A DNA stretch of 64,000 nucleotides from Deltaproteobacteria bacterium (lineage in GTDB: Bacteria; Myxococcota_A; Polyangia; Fen-1088): positions 32,001 to 96,000 of the forward strand of contig JANRKS010000011.1 in assembly GCA_033763315.1 (NCBI GenBank), given 5' to 3'. The position numbers and the translations under genes are program-made. Below the pieces are notes generated by a model. It saw nothing but the letters and a program-made list of their open reading frames with translations. It was not told where the DNA came from and did not search any database. Below are positions 19,657 through 28,857 of the stretch, in pieces. Numbering within the stretch: the stretch's first letter is position 1; each line of letters begins with the position of its first letter.

Positions 19657-20850
19657 TCATCTGGGCGTTGGATCGAGAGCTTGTTGTATGTCGGCAATGA
19701 TCTCTTCGGTGTCCTCGATGCCCACCGCGTACCGAACAATGGTTTCGTGAAGGCCGAGCGCCGCCCGCTGCTCGGGGGCCATGTCGAAGTAGCTCATGAG
19801 CGCCGGTTGTTCGATGAGCGATTCGACGCCACCCAGGCTGGGAGCGATGCGCGGGATCAAACAGCGATCAACAAAACGACTTGTTCCTGCCGGATCACCA
19901 TCGAGCTCGAAGGTGACCACGCCACCGAATCCGTCCATCAAACGGCGCGCCAACGCGTGGTCACGATGTGATGGATGGCCTGGGTACCACACGTTCTTGA
20001 TTCGCGGGTGTTCCGCCAGTGTTGCCGCCAGCCGCGCAGCCGTTCGGTTCTGCTGCGCGACCCGCAGAGCCAGTGTCTTCATGCCTCGCAAAACAAGATA
20101 CGCCGCGTGCGGATCAAGCACGCCACCGAAGTCGTTGCGAACGTCGCGAATCAGCGAAATCGCGGACTCGCTGCCAGCCACGGCTCCGCACAGCACGTCG
20201 TTGTGACCCGATAGGTACTTCGTGGCCGAGTGAAGGACAAGATCGATGCCATGCTCCATAGGCCGAAGGTTCACGGGTGTCGCGAAGGTGCTGTCGATGA
20301 GCGTCGTGATTCCGCGTGCCCGCGCCACCGCACTGAGCGCGTCCAGGTCGAGGATCCACTGGAAGGGATTGGTTGGAACCTCCGCAATGATAAGACGGGT
20401 CTTTGGGGTGATCGCGCGCTCCACGGCGTCGATGTCGCCCGCCGGCACCACGGTGTGCTCGACGCCAAAGCGGGCGAGGAACTTGCTAACGAAGCCGCGC
20501 GTGCGCCGGTAGCAGTCGCTGAAGATGATGACGTGGGCTCCAGCGCGGGTGTACGTCATGCAAGTGGTCACAATGGCTGCCATGCCGCTTGCAAAGGCGA
20601 TGGTATCCTCGGCGCCCTCTAGTTCGGCAATTTTCTTCTCAACGACGCGCACTGTGGGGTTGCCATACCGACCGTAGTCGATGCGGTTCACTGAACCCTC
20701 CATAAAGTTCACGACCTCAGCGGTGTCTTCAAAGACGTAAGTGGCGGTTTGAAAAATCGGTGTCGCGAGTGCACTCGCAGGTCGGGTCCGGCTCTCGCCG
20801 GCGTGCACCACTTGCGTGGCCAGCGTGCGCTTTGGGGTAGGGTCGCTCAT
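19657..20850 (-). CDS. metB: Cystathionine gamma-synthase / trans-sulfuration PLP enzyme
   Basis: PIFQTATY, YGRYGNPT, ASGMAA, DSTFATP, HSATKYLSGHND, SLGGVESL. Confidence 0.85.
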   Translation of the reverse strand: MSDPTPKRTLATQVVHAGESRTRPASALATPIFQTATYVFEDTAEVVNFMEGSVNRIDYGRYGNPTVRVVEKKIAELEGAEDTIAFASGMAAIVTTCMTYTRAGAHVIIFSDCYRRTRGFVSKFLARFGVEHTVVPAGDIDAVERAITPKTRLIIAEVPTNPFQWILDLDALSAVARARGITTLIDSTFATPVNLRPMEHGIDLVLHSATKYLSGHNDVLCGAVAGSESAISLIRDVRNDFGGVLDPHAAYLVLRGMKTLALRVAQQNRTAARLAATLAEHPRIKNVWYPGHPSHRDHALARRLMDGFGGVVTFELDGDPAGTSRFVDRCLIPRIAPSLGGVESLIEQPALMSYFDMAPEQRAALGLHETIVRYAVGIEDTEEIIADIQQALDPTPR

Positions 20851-20903
20851 TGCAGCGAAAATATCAGATTTCGCGGTCGCCAAGCGCAGACATTCCGGAA
20901 CCT

Positions 20904-21137
20904 TCACATGAATGAAGCCGCGCCGCCGCCCCCGACACCCCCTAAGGAAGCCCGTGGACTACGGTCATAGATGAAATCCTCTCTTTTTCGCCCGGGCTTG
21001 GCCTGCAGTTTGATGCTCTCGAGCACCGGCAGCGGCTTGCCTTCGATGCCGCACGACTTGGACACATTGACAATGTCCAGGGTGCCGACCTGCACCGTTT
21101 GGGCCGAGGCGGGCGTGAGGTCAGTTGTCATGGTCAT
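20904..21137 (-). pseudogene. N-terminal remnant of an SsuB/TauB-like ABC ATPase
   Basis: LDIVNVSKSCGIEGKPLPVLESIKLQAKPG matches the start of ABC ATPases but breaks off just before Walker A. Confidence 0.6.
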
Positions 21138-21144
21138 TCTGTCG

Positions 21145-23034
21145 TTAAGCTGCCCCTTCAAGCGACGGCACCGTGGCGCCGGTTTGGCCTTCTTCGTAGG
21201 CGCGGAAGAGTTGCGCGTAAAGGCCCTGGTTCTTGACGAGGGTGTCGTGCGGGCCAACCTCAACCAGCTCCCCTTGTTGGATGACGGCAATCTTATCCGC
21301 GTCGCGGATGGTGCTTAACCGATGGGCAATGACGATGGCGGTGCGACCCTCACACAGGCGTTTAAGCGCGTGCTATATGCGGCGTTCTGTTTGCAGATCC
21401 ACGGCCGACGTCGCTTCGTCGAGCACCAATACGGCCGGTGCAGAAAGATAGGCACGGACCAAGCACACCAATTGTCGTTGGCCGTGGCTTAGGTTGTTGC
21501 CAAGCGGCCCGACCTCCGTTTGCCACGCCAGCGGCAGGCGTTCGAGGATGTCGTCCACGCCCAACGCCCGGGCCGCGCCAATCAGCTGCTCATCGGTGAC
21601 CTCGGGTGCGGCAAGCCTCAGATTCTCAAGGATGGTGCCGCTGAAAAGCACATTGTCCTGCAACACAACGCCTACATGCTGCCGCAACGACCGCTGTGTG
21701 AGATCGCGGATGTCATGTCCGTCGATGCGAATGCGTCCTTCCTGTGGTTCGTAAAAGCGCGTGAGCAATTGCACCAGCGTGCTTTTGCCGTGGCCCGTAG
21801 GGCCCACGATGGCCACGCGCTCGCCGGCCGCCACATTCAGCGAAAGGTTGCGAATCACTTGATGGCGTTTGCGTGGGTCGTAGGAGAACTGCACATTCTC
21901 GAATTCAACGTGACCGGTCACGTGGGCGAGCGCCGTCGCCGTGGGCGAATCGACGATTTCAGGTTCGGTATCCAACAACAGGAACACGCGCTGCGCAGCG
22001 GCGGTGCCAACGGCGTACTTTTCAAACAAATCGCCGAGCTCCTGCAGCGGCCCCAAAAACAGCTGCACGTAGAACAAGCAGGCGGCGATTTGACCAAGCG
22101 AGATCTCGCCCTTGACCACGCCTTGGGCACCCAGAATCAACACGGCAACCATGCCTATGGTCGAGAGCAACGCGGTGAACGGCAAGAACCAGCTGGCTTT
22201 CACGTTGCCTCGCACCAGCGTGCGCGTGAAGTCGTCAACCAGGAAGTTGTAACGCTGCAAGCTGGCGGCCTCACCGCCGTTTTGTTGCAGCACACGCACG
22301 CCGCTGACGGCTTCCACCAAATGTGCGGTAAAGCGGCTGCGGCACTCGGCCACCTTGGACCAGTTGCTATGCGAAATGCGGTTGAAAACATAAAGCGCTG
22401 GAACGAGCAGGGGGATGACCAGCGTGAGCGCAAAGAACAAACGCGGCGAGACGCCGTATAGAAGCACGCCCGACAGCACGCAGCGAAGGGTGGTTGAAAG
22501 CAGCTCTGGGGGCGCTTGGATAAGCAACGGCTCCAGTGAATCCACGTCCCGGTCCGCGCGCGAAACGATGCGGCCCGACTTGGTGCGGTCGAAATAGCGC
22601 ACACTTAACTTTTGCACGTGCGTGAAGACTTGCCGGCGAATTTCATTGACCACACGAATGGCGGCACGGCCCGAGATCCATTGCGACAAACCGGCAAGAC
22701 CGAAGCGCACCACCCACAACAGCGCCAGACCTGCCAGCATCCAGCCGAGGCGCGTGACGTTCAACGCCGCACCCTTCGCCGCGGGGGCCAGAGAATCATC
22801 GATGATCTTGCTGATGAACCAAGGCCGCAGAAACACCGAGATGGCCAACACCAGCTCAACGCCGGCGGCGGCCAAGATGGCGTTCTTCACCGGACGAATG
22901 AGGCCGGGCAACCGGCGTAGCACGTTCCGGCGGAGATCTTTTTGGGCAAGCTCCTGCTCAATGGCAAGCTCGCCGTGTTTGGCTTGCTCCTGCGCGTTGG
23001 CTTCGCGTCGTTCGCGGTCGTTAGCTGGGGGCAT
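21145..23034 (-). pseudogene. ABC transporter TMD-NBD subunit interrupted by in-frame TAG at 21373-21375
   Basis: GPTGHGKST, LSHGQRQ, LDEATS; after TERRI* the frame continues [30 protein letters not shown] to TAA at 21145. Confidence 0.85.
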
Positions 23035-24802
23035 GTGAAATTCCAAGCAAGTCGCGGTAGGCGGGGCATGAATGCACAAGCGCGTGGGCCGGCCCTTCAC
23101 TGGCGACGGTGCCATGGGCAAGCACCACCACGCGGTCCGCGAAGGCCACGGTGGCCGGCTTGCTGGTCACGATCAGCATCGTGATCCCCGAGCCTTTGCC
23201 AAACGCGCTCCGAATGTTGTTGAGAATGCGGCCCTCGGTCAGTGCATCCAGCGCGCTCGTGGAATCGTCCAGAACAAGCACCGAAGGGTTGGCCAACAAG
23301 GCCCGGGCCAAAGCGATGCGCTGGCGTTGGCCGCCCGAAAGCGTCACGCCGCGATCGCCAAGCGTGGTGGCCAGGCCGTCGGGGAGTTGCGCCACGATCT
23401 CATCTGCGGCCGCCAGGCGAAGCGCAACCGCAATGTCATCGTCTGTGGCCGCGGGGTTGCCCTGCAGAAGGTTGGCGCGAAGGGAGTCGGAGAACAAGAA
23501 GCAGTCCTGTGACACCACCTGCACGCGTTGGCGCAGGTCCGAAAGATCCAGCGTTTTGACGTTGTGCCAGCCATGCGTCCGGTTGCCCACAAGCACCTGG
23601 CCGCGGTCGGCGTCCACCAAACGTGGCAGCAGTGCCGCAAGCGTTGATTTTCCCGCGCCTGTGGCCCCGAGCGCCGCCACAACCTCCCCGGGCTCCACCG
23701 CCAACGAACAATTGGAGATGATCTCTTTGCCGTTGGCTGCCAACACGGAGACGTCTTTGACTTGAAACCCGAGGGCGCCCGTGGGCAACTTCCCGTTCGA
23801 TGAAACGATCTTCGATTCTGCGTCAAGCAACTCCATGATGCGCGCCGCTGATGAGCGCGCGTCCGCAAATATCTGAATGATGCGGCCGATGCCCTCGAAG
23901 CGGAAGATGACGGTGTTCATGGCCAGCGTGGCGGCGACCAATTCGCCCAAATTCAGCTTGCCCTGCGATACCAGTACGGCCCCGGCCCCCACAACCCACA
24001 CTTGCCCCAGCGCCACCACAATCTGTGGCACGGGAACGTGAGAGGCCGCGTACTTCAACGCCGCCGTGGCGTGGGTGATAAATTGTGCGACGCTGCCGTT
24101 AAAGCGGGCGATGCGGTTCGCTTCCAAACCAAACGCTTTGATGACGCGAATGCCATTGACGCCTTCCACAAGATCTTGCCCCACGGCGTCGTACGCGTCG
24201 CCCACCCGACGGTCCAACGCCACAAGCGCGTTCGCCTGCCGCACGAACACCACGATGCCCACCACGACCAGCGCCGCGGGTGCCACCGCAAGCCAAGGGT
24301 TGTACCACCACAGAAAGCCCACCGAGGCGGCGATGACCAAACCCGTTTCAACCACGTTGCGCCAAAAGTTGATCAGCGCGTCGCGAACCTTGTCGGCGTC
24401 GCGGGTGGTGCGCGACACCATCTCGCCCACGCCGTGTTGCAGGTGATAGCCAAGGTCCAACAGCAACACGTGGCGGAGGATGGAGGCGCGCAAAATGCCG
24501 AGCAGCTCTTGCCCTGTGATCAGCGCGACGATGCCAGCCACGTACTGGATGATGCCGCGGGCGGCGGCGACGCCAATCAGAATCACGGCCCATCGAAGGG
24601 CGACGCTATAGTCAAGGGCGCCACTCGCCGTGCGCACCACGGCGGCGCCACGCTCCACGTCGTGGATAGCGCGCCCCAAGAGATATTGGTAGCCGGTGAG
24701 GCCCAGGTTGAGCAGCAGAAGCAAGCCAAAGGCGGCCATAAACTTGCCCGGGATCTGCCGGTAAATCGCCAAACAACGCAGCAGGGGATAGCGTGTCTTC
24801 AT
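23021..24802 (-). CDS. ABC transporter TMD-NBD subunit (degenerate-site half of a heterodimer)
   Basis: TM domain, GATGAGKST, LSGGQRQR, LDDSTS, H-loop replaced by IVTSK. Confidence 0.9.
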   Translation of the reverse strand: MKTRYPLLRCLAIYRQIPGKFMAAFGLLLLLNLGLTGYQYLLGRAIHDVERGAAVVRTASGALDYSVALRWAVILIGVAAARGIIQYVAGIVALITGQELLGILRASILRHVLLLDLGYHLQHGVGEMVSRTTRDADKVRDALINFWRNVVETGLVIAASVGFLWWYNPWLAVAPAALVVVGIVVFVRQANALVALDRRVGDAYDAVGQDLVEGVNGIRVIKAFGLEANRIARFNGSVAQFITHATAALKYAASHVPVPQIVVALGQVWVVGAGAVLVSQGKLNLGELVAATLAMNTVIFRFEGIGRIIQIFADARSSAARIMELLDAESKIVSSNGKLPTGALGFQVKDVSVLAANGKEIISNCSLAVEPGEVVAALGATGAGKSTLAALLPRLVDADRGQVLVGNRTHGWHNVKTLDLSDLRQRVQVVSQDCFLFSDSLRANLLQGNPAATDDDIAVALRLAAADEIVAQLPDGLATTLGDRGVTLSGGQRQRIALARALLANPSVLVLDDSTSALDALTEGRILNNIRSAFGKGSGITMLIVTSKPATVAFADRVVVLAHGTVASEGPAHALVHSCPAYRDLLGISHAPS

Positions 24803-24875
24803 ACGGAAACCTCGCCAACATCGCGCCACGGCGTAAGACATGTGCCGACGCCGGTGATGCCGTGATTCAAGGGCG

Positions 24876-25283
24876 TCACTCTTGTTCGGTCAAGACCGAT
24901 AGCTTGGTGATTCCAGCCCGATCGACGGACGACATCACTTTGGCAACCAGGCCATAGTTGACGCCCTCATCAGCATTCAAATTGATGAGAATGTCGGGTT
25001 GGTCTTGCCTACGCCGCTTGAGCTCGATCTCAAGGTTAGCCAACGCGAACTCCTGTTTGTCCACGTAGATCTTGCCGGCCTTATCGACGCTGATGTATGT
25101 CGACTTTTTGGGTTCAGTCGGGGCGGTGACGGCGGTTTGCGGCAAGGCGACTTTCACTGCCATCGTCATCATTGGCGCCGTGATGATGAACACCACCAGC
25201 AGCACCAACATCACGTCTACAAGAGGCGTGACGTTGATCTCGCTGACCACGTCGTCGGCGTCGCCGCTGATTTGCATGGCCAT
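24876..25283 (-). CDS. exbD: ExbD/TolR biopolymer transport protein
   Basis: EINVTPLVDVMLVLLVVFIITAP; NAD..YGLVAKVM. Confidence 0.95.
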   Translation of the reverse strand: MAMQISGDADDVVSEINVTPLVDVMLVLLVVFIITAPMMTMAVKVALPQTAVTAPTEPKKSTYISVDKAGKIYVDKQEFALANLEIELKRRRQDQPDILINLNADEGVNYGLVAKVMSSVDRAGITKLSVLTEQE

Positions 25284-25972
25284 TAGACGCGTGCCTCACG
25301 CGTGAAGGGCACTTCGCGCTCAACGCTGCGCAAGCTCCGCTTGTGGTCCTTGAGACCCAGGTTGAAAAGCGTTGTTGCCAAGCTTTCCCAAACCGCGGAT
25401 TGGCTCTTGGTTCGACGGACAAAGAAGTTATAAGCCAACAGCGCAGGCACAGCGACCGCGATGCCGATGCCGGTGGCTATCAACGCTTCGCCGATGGGCC
25501 CGGCCACGACCTCAATGCTGGCAGAGCCCGCACCGCCGATGGTCTTAAGCGCGTCGATGATGCCGAATACGGTGCCGAACAAACCAACGAACGGCGCTGT
25601 GGTGCCAATGCTCGCAAGCACAGCCAAGCCGCCTTCAAGCCCACGTCGCTCGGTTTGCAGTTGCTGGCGCACGGCGTTCTCGATGAACAGATGCTTGTCC
25701 TCGGAACGGGGGCCGTCGCTGGCCTCGCTTTCCGACAGCGCAGACAAGCTGGCTTTGGCCACGCGTGCGGCAGGCCCCGAGAAGGCCGCCAAGTCGCTGG
25801 TGGCAGGGAGCTTGGCTGGCTTGCCGAGGGCTCGAAAGAACTTACGGTTTGCGGTCGCCAGTCTAACGTATTGAACAACCTTCAGAAGCACCACGGTCCA
25901 CGTGATGACGGAGAAGGCGACAAGAAGAACCAATGTGCCTCGAACGAGGGCGTTTGTGAGTGAGTGCGACAT
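25283..25972 (-). CDS. exbB: ExbB/TolQ proton channel
   Basis: APFVGLFGTVFGI, GPIGEALIATGIGIAVAVPA. Confidence 0.95.
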   Translation of the reverse strand: MSHSLTNALVRGTLVLLVAFSVITWTVVLLKVVQYVRLATANRKFFRALGKPAKLPATSDLAAFSGPAARVAKASLSALSESEASDGPRSEDKHLFIENAVRQQLQTERRGLEGGLAVLASIGTTAPFVGLFGTVFGIIDALKTIGGAGSASIEVVAGPIGEALIATGIGIAVAVPALLAYNFFVRRTKSQSAVWESLATTLFNLGLKDHKRSLRSVEREVPFTREARV

Positions 25973-25999
25973 GACGGGGCTGCTCTTTCCAGATCTCTG

Positions 26000-26833
26000 T
26001 TAACGAATTTGAAAAACGATGGGCACCACGACCCAGCCAGCGACGGCCGTGTCGCCCTGTTTTGCGGGAACAAACGACCAACCGCGAACCGCGTTGATGG
26101 CGGCGTTGTCCAGCATGTCGCGCCCGCTGGTTTGCGCGATGACGATGTTCAAAGGGCGGCCCTGGGGGCCCACATAAACTTTGAGTTGGACGCGGCCTTC
26201 CCAACCGCGTGACAATGCCAACGGCGGATACGCGGGGCGTGGGTTCTTAAGATAGTTTGCGCCTTCATGTGCGGCCTTAATAGGCGCCGGCGCGGGTGGT
26301 GCCGGTGGCGTAGGCGCGGTGCCGGCTCCGGTACCCAGCCCCAAAGGCGCCGCTTCCGTGGCGACGGTCGTTCCATCGGGACCGGCAGGGGCGGCGGCTT
26401 CCGGTTCAGCTTCAGGCACCGGCGCCTCGGGTGGAGGTGGCGGCGTCTCTTTCGCTGCCGGTGGAGGTTCTTTCGCCTTCGGTTTTGGTTTCGGGGGTTC
26501 GGGTTTGAGCTCCTGCGGCGGCACAACCGGTGGCTTGTACGGCCGCGTGAACTGAATTTCGACTTTGGATGGTGGGTGTACGACCGCTTCTTGGCCGCGT
26601 GGAATCGCACGGGCGATCCCCACGTGCAGACCCAAAATGCCTACCGCGACGGCCGCCGCCTCCCACCAGCGCACCGTGCGTGCGTGGTGAAAGTGGTCAA
26701 CCGTAGGTTCGGCTCGTGCGGGCAACGCAGGCTCGGGAGCAAGAACAATCGCTAGCGCACCCGCATCCAGAAAAACGCCATCAGCTGCTGTGGCGTGGCG
26801 TGCTTCGATCTTGTTCGCTCTTGCAGTGGACAT
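26000..26833 (-). CDS. tonB: Energy transducer TonB
   Basis: TM with His, Pro/Lys-rich linker, PAYP..GWEGRV..LDNAAINAVRGWSFVPA. Confidence 0.9.
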   Translation of the reverse strand: MSTARANKIEARHATAADGVFLDAGALAIVLAPEPALPARAEPTVDHFHHARTVRWWEAAAVAVGILGLHVGIARAIPRGQEAVVHPPSKVEIQFTRPYKPPVVPPQELKPEPPKPKPKAKEPPPAAKETPPPPPEAPVPEAEPEAAAPAGPDGTTVATEAAPLGLGTGAGTAPTPPAPPAPAPIKAAHEGANYLKNPRPAYPPLALSRGWEGRVQLKVYVGPQGRPLNIVIAQTSGRDMLDNAAINAVRGWSFVPAKQGDTAVAGWVVVPIVFQIR

Positions 26834-26862
26834 GTCGAGTTCCTTTTTGCGCTTGCCCCTTG

Positions 26863-26878
26863 TGCAGGGACCGTGCCA
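26863..26878 (-). promoter_or_regulatory. Sigma-54 promoter of the tonB-exbBD-ABC operon
   Basis: Minus strand TGGCAC-GGTCC-CTGCA. Confidence 0.75.
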
Positions 26879-26930
26879 CGCGACGCTCAAGGGTTTGCCG
26901 TCCTTCAAGTCGTTCGGACGAAGGCCGCAG

Positions 26931-26977
26931 CGCTGCGTGGCAGACATTCTTGTTGATGGGGTGCTGCACGAGCAGCA
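26931..26977. promoter_or_regulatory. Tandem palindromic activator sites
   Basis: CGCTGCGTGGCAGACA (26931-26946) and TGCTGCACGAGCAGCA (26962-26977), 31 bp apart. Confidence 0.7.
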
Positions 26978-27095
26978 ACGCGTATGCACATTCGCGGCCC
27001 TGTTCGGCGTGGATCCGCCCAAAGCCGGGACCGCTGTCACGGGGCCGTGTCCTTGCGTTGAGGCCCACAATCACAAGCTCCCGATCCCTCCGGGT

Positions 27096-27128
27096 GCATA
27101 AAGATGACATGGGTCCGCATCTTTGTGC
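27096..27128. promoter_or_regulatory. Inverted repeat, likely vapBC autoregulatory operator
   Basis: GCATAAAGATG-N11-CATCTTTGTGC just upstream of the antitoxin ATG. Confidence 0.6.
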
Positions 27129-27140
27129 TAAACCATTCAT

Positions 27141-27386
27141 ATGCGGACCACAGTAGACCTTCCGGAGGCTTTGTTGCGGCAGGCAAAGCAGCATGCCGCG
27201 AAGGCGGGCGTCACGTTGGCCGCGCTTATAGAAGATGCCTTGATGGAAAAGCTCCATCGACGTTCAGTCAGCAAAACGGACGCGGCGTTTGTGTTCCCCG
27301 TGTACCGCGGACCCGCAGGCGCCAAAACCGGCGTCGATTTGCGCAGCAACCGTGAGGTACTGGATCTGCTGGACGCGGACGAATGA
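27141..27386 (+). CDS. vapB: RHH-type antitoxin
   Basis: MRTTVDLPEALLRQAKQHAAKAGVTLAALIEDAL; ATGA overlap with PIN gene. Confidence 0.85.
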   Translation: MRTTVDLPEALLRQAKQHAAKAGVTLAALIEDALMEKLHRRSVSKTDAAFVFPVYRGPAGAKTGVDLRSNREVLDLLDADE

Positions 27387-27805
27387 TTGGCCTCGACATC
27401 AACGTCTTAGTGGCAGCCCATCGCCCGGAACACGTCGATCACAGCCGCGCCAAAGCGTGGCTTGAAAGAACTTTGGGCTCCGGCCAAACCGTCGTGGTGT
27501 TTGATTTGGTGGCAAGTGGATTTCTGCGGGTTGTGACAAGCGCGCGGGTTTTCAACTCGCCAACCAGCCTCGCCGAGGCGCTCTCTGCTCTGGCGCAGTT
27601 GCGTGCCCAGCCGGCCGTGTTGTCGCTATCGGCGGGGCCGCGGCATCCGGAAATCTTCGAGGCTTGCTGTGTGGAGGCTGACGCGCGTGGAAACTTGGTC
27701 ACCGATGCACATTTGGCATCGCTCGCGATCGAGCACAACTGCGCGTGGGCCAGCTTCGACCGCGACTTTGCGCGCTTCAAATCCCTGCGTTGGATCCTCC
27801 CGTAG
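27383..27805 (+). CDS. vapC: PIN-domain ribonuclease toxin
   Basis: LDINVLVAA, GNLVTDAHLASLAIEH, SFDRDFARF. Confidence 0.92.
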   Translation: MIGLDINVLVAAHRPEHVDHSRAKAWLERTLGSGQTVVVFDLVASGFLRVVTSARVFNSPTSLAEALSALAQLRAQPAVLSLSAGPRHPEIFEACCVEADARGNLVTDAHLASLAIEHNCAWASFDRDFARFKSLRWILP

Positions 27806-27925
27806 GGCGCTGACGAAACGCGCCGAGGTCATCTTGCACAGACCGTTCGGACTCTGAATCCTAACGCCAATAAGCGATCGCGCCACGTTGTGTTTCACGC
27901 AGCCTTCATGCAAAGATTCTAGGCA

Positions 27926-28792
27926 ATGCCATCCGTCGACCCGCGCATCATCGATCTTTACAACGAGTATGTTCACTCGTCGCTGCCGCGCAGAGACTTC
28001 ATCACTCGCCTCGCCGAATTAGCTGGTGGCGCTGCGGCCGCAGCCGCGGTTTTGCCTCTCATCGAGCCCAATTACGCCTACGGCAGGCAAGTCGACGAAA
28101 AAGACAAGCGCATCACAACGAGCTACGTCGAATACGCGGCACCCTCAGGCAAAGTTAAAGCTTACCTGGCGAAGCCAAAGCGCAAGGGCAAGTTTGCGGC
28201 CGTGCTTGTCATTCACGAAAACCGCGGCCTCAACGCTCACATTGAAGACGTGGCCCGCCGGGTTGCGCTTCAAGGCTACCTGGCATTGGCTCCGGATGGC
28301 TTGAGCTTGGCCGGCGGCGCGCCGGTTGATCAAGAAGCCGCGCGTGACCTCTTCGCTAAAAACGATCGCGAGCGAATCACGGCCGACGTTGTGGCGGGTC
28401 TACCTTTCCTCGCAAGCCACCCTGATGGTGACGGCAAGATTGGCACCGTAGGCTTTTGCTACGGCGGCGGCGTGGCGGTGCGGGCGGCGGTTGATGCCCC
28501 CTCGGTGCTTGCCGCGGTTTCGTTCTACGGATCGGCGTTGCCGTCGGAGGAGGTTCCGAAGTTGAAGGCGCCGGTGTTGGCCCACTATGCCGGCACCGAT
28601 GAACGCATCAACGCGGCGGTGCCAGAGTTTCGCAAAGCGCTTGAGGCCAACCAAGTCGCTTACAGCTTGAACTGGTACCCAGGAACCCAGCACGGCTTTC
28701 ACAACGATGCCAGTGAAGGCCGCTACAATGAAGCTGCTGCGAAATTGGCCTGGACGCGCACCGTTGCGTTTTTTAAAGCCTACCTGACGTAA
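27926..28792 (+). CDS. Dienelactone hydrolase family protein (YghX-like)
   Basis: RRDFI twin-Arg-like N-terminus, IHENRGLNAHIEDVARR, GFCYGG, QHGFHND. Confidence 0.9.
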   Translation: MPSVDPRIIDLYNEYVHSSLPRRDFITRLAELAGGAAAAAAVLPLIEPNYAYGRQVDEKDKRITTSYVEYAAPSGKVKAYLAKPKRKGKFAAVLVIHENRGLNAHIEDVARRVALQGYLALAPDGLSLAGGAPVDQEAARDLFAKNDRERITADVVAGLPFLASHPDGDGKIGTVGFCYGGGVAVRAAVDAPSVLAAVSFYGSALPSEEVPKLKAPVLAHYAGTDERINAAVPEFRKALEANQVAYSLNWYPGTQHGFHNDASEGRYNEAAAKLAWTRTVAFFKAYLT

Positions 28793-28857
28793 GCCATCGC
28801 GTTGACACAGAGCGAGCGTTAGACCCTCTCTGTGCCAGCACGATGCCAAAATTGTTC

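Noticed and set aside
21373-21375. Pyrrolysine or genome-wide TAG recoding
   Set aside because: No pyl genes in the window and TAG is an ordinary stop for other genes here (for example tatD and vapC at 27805)
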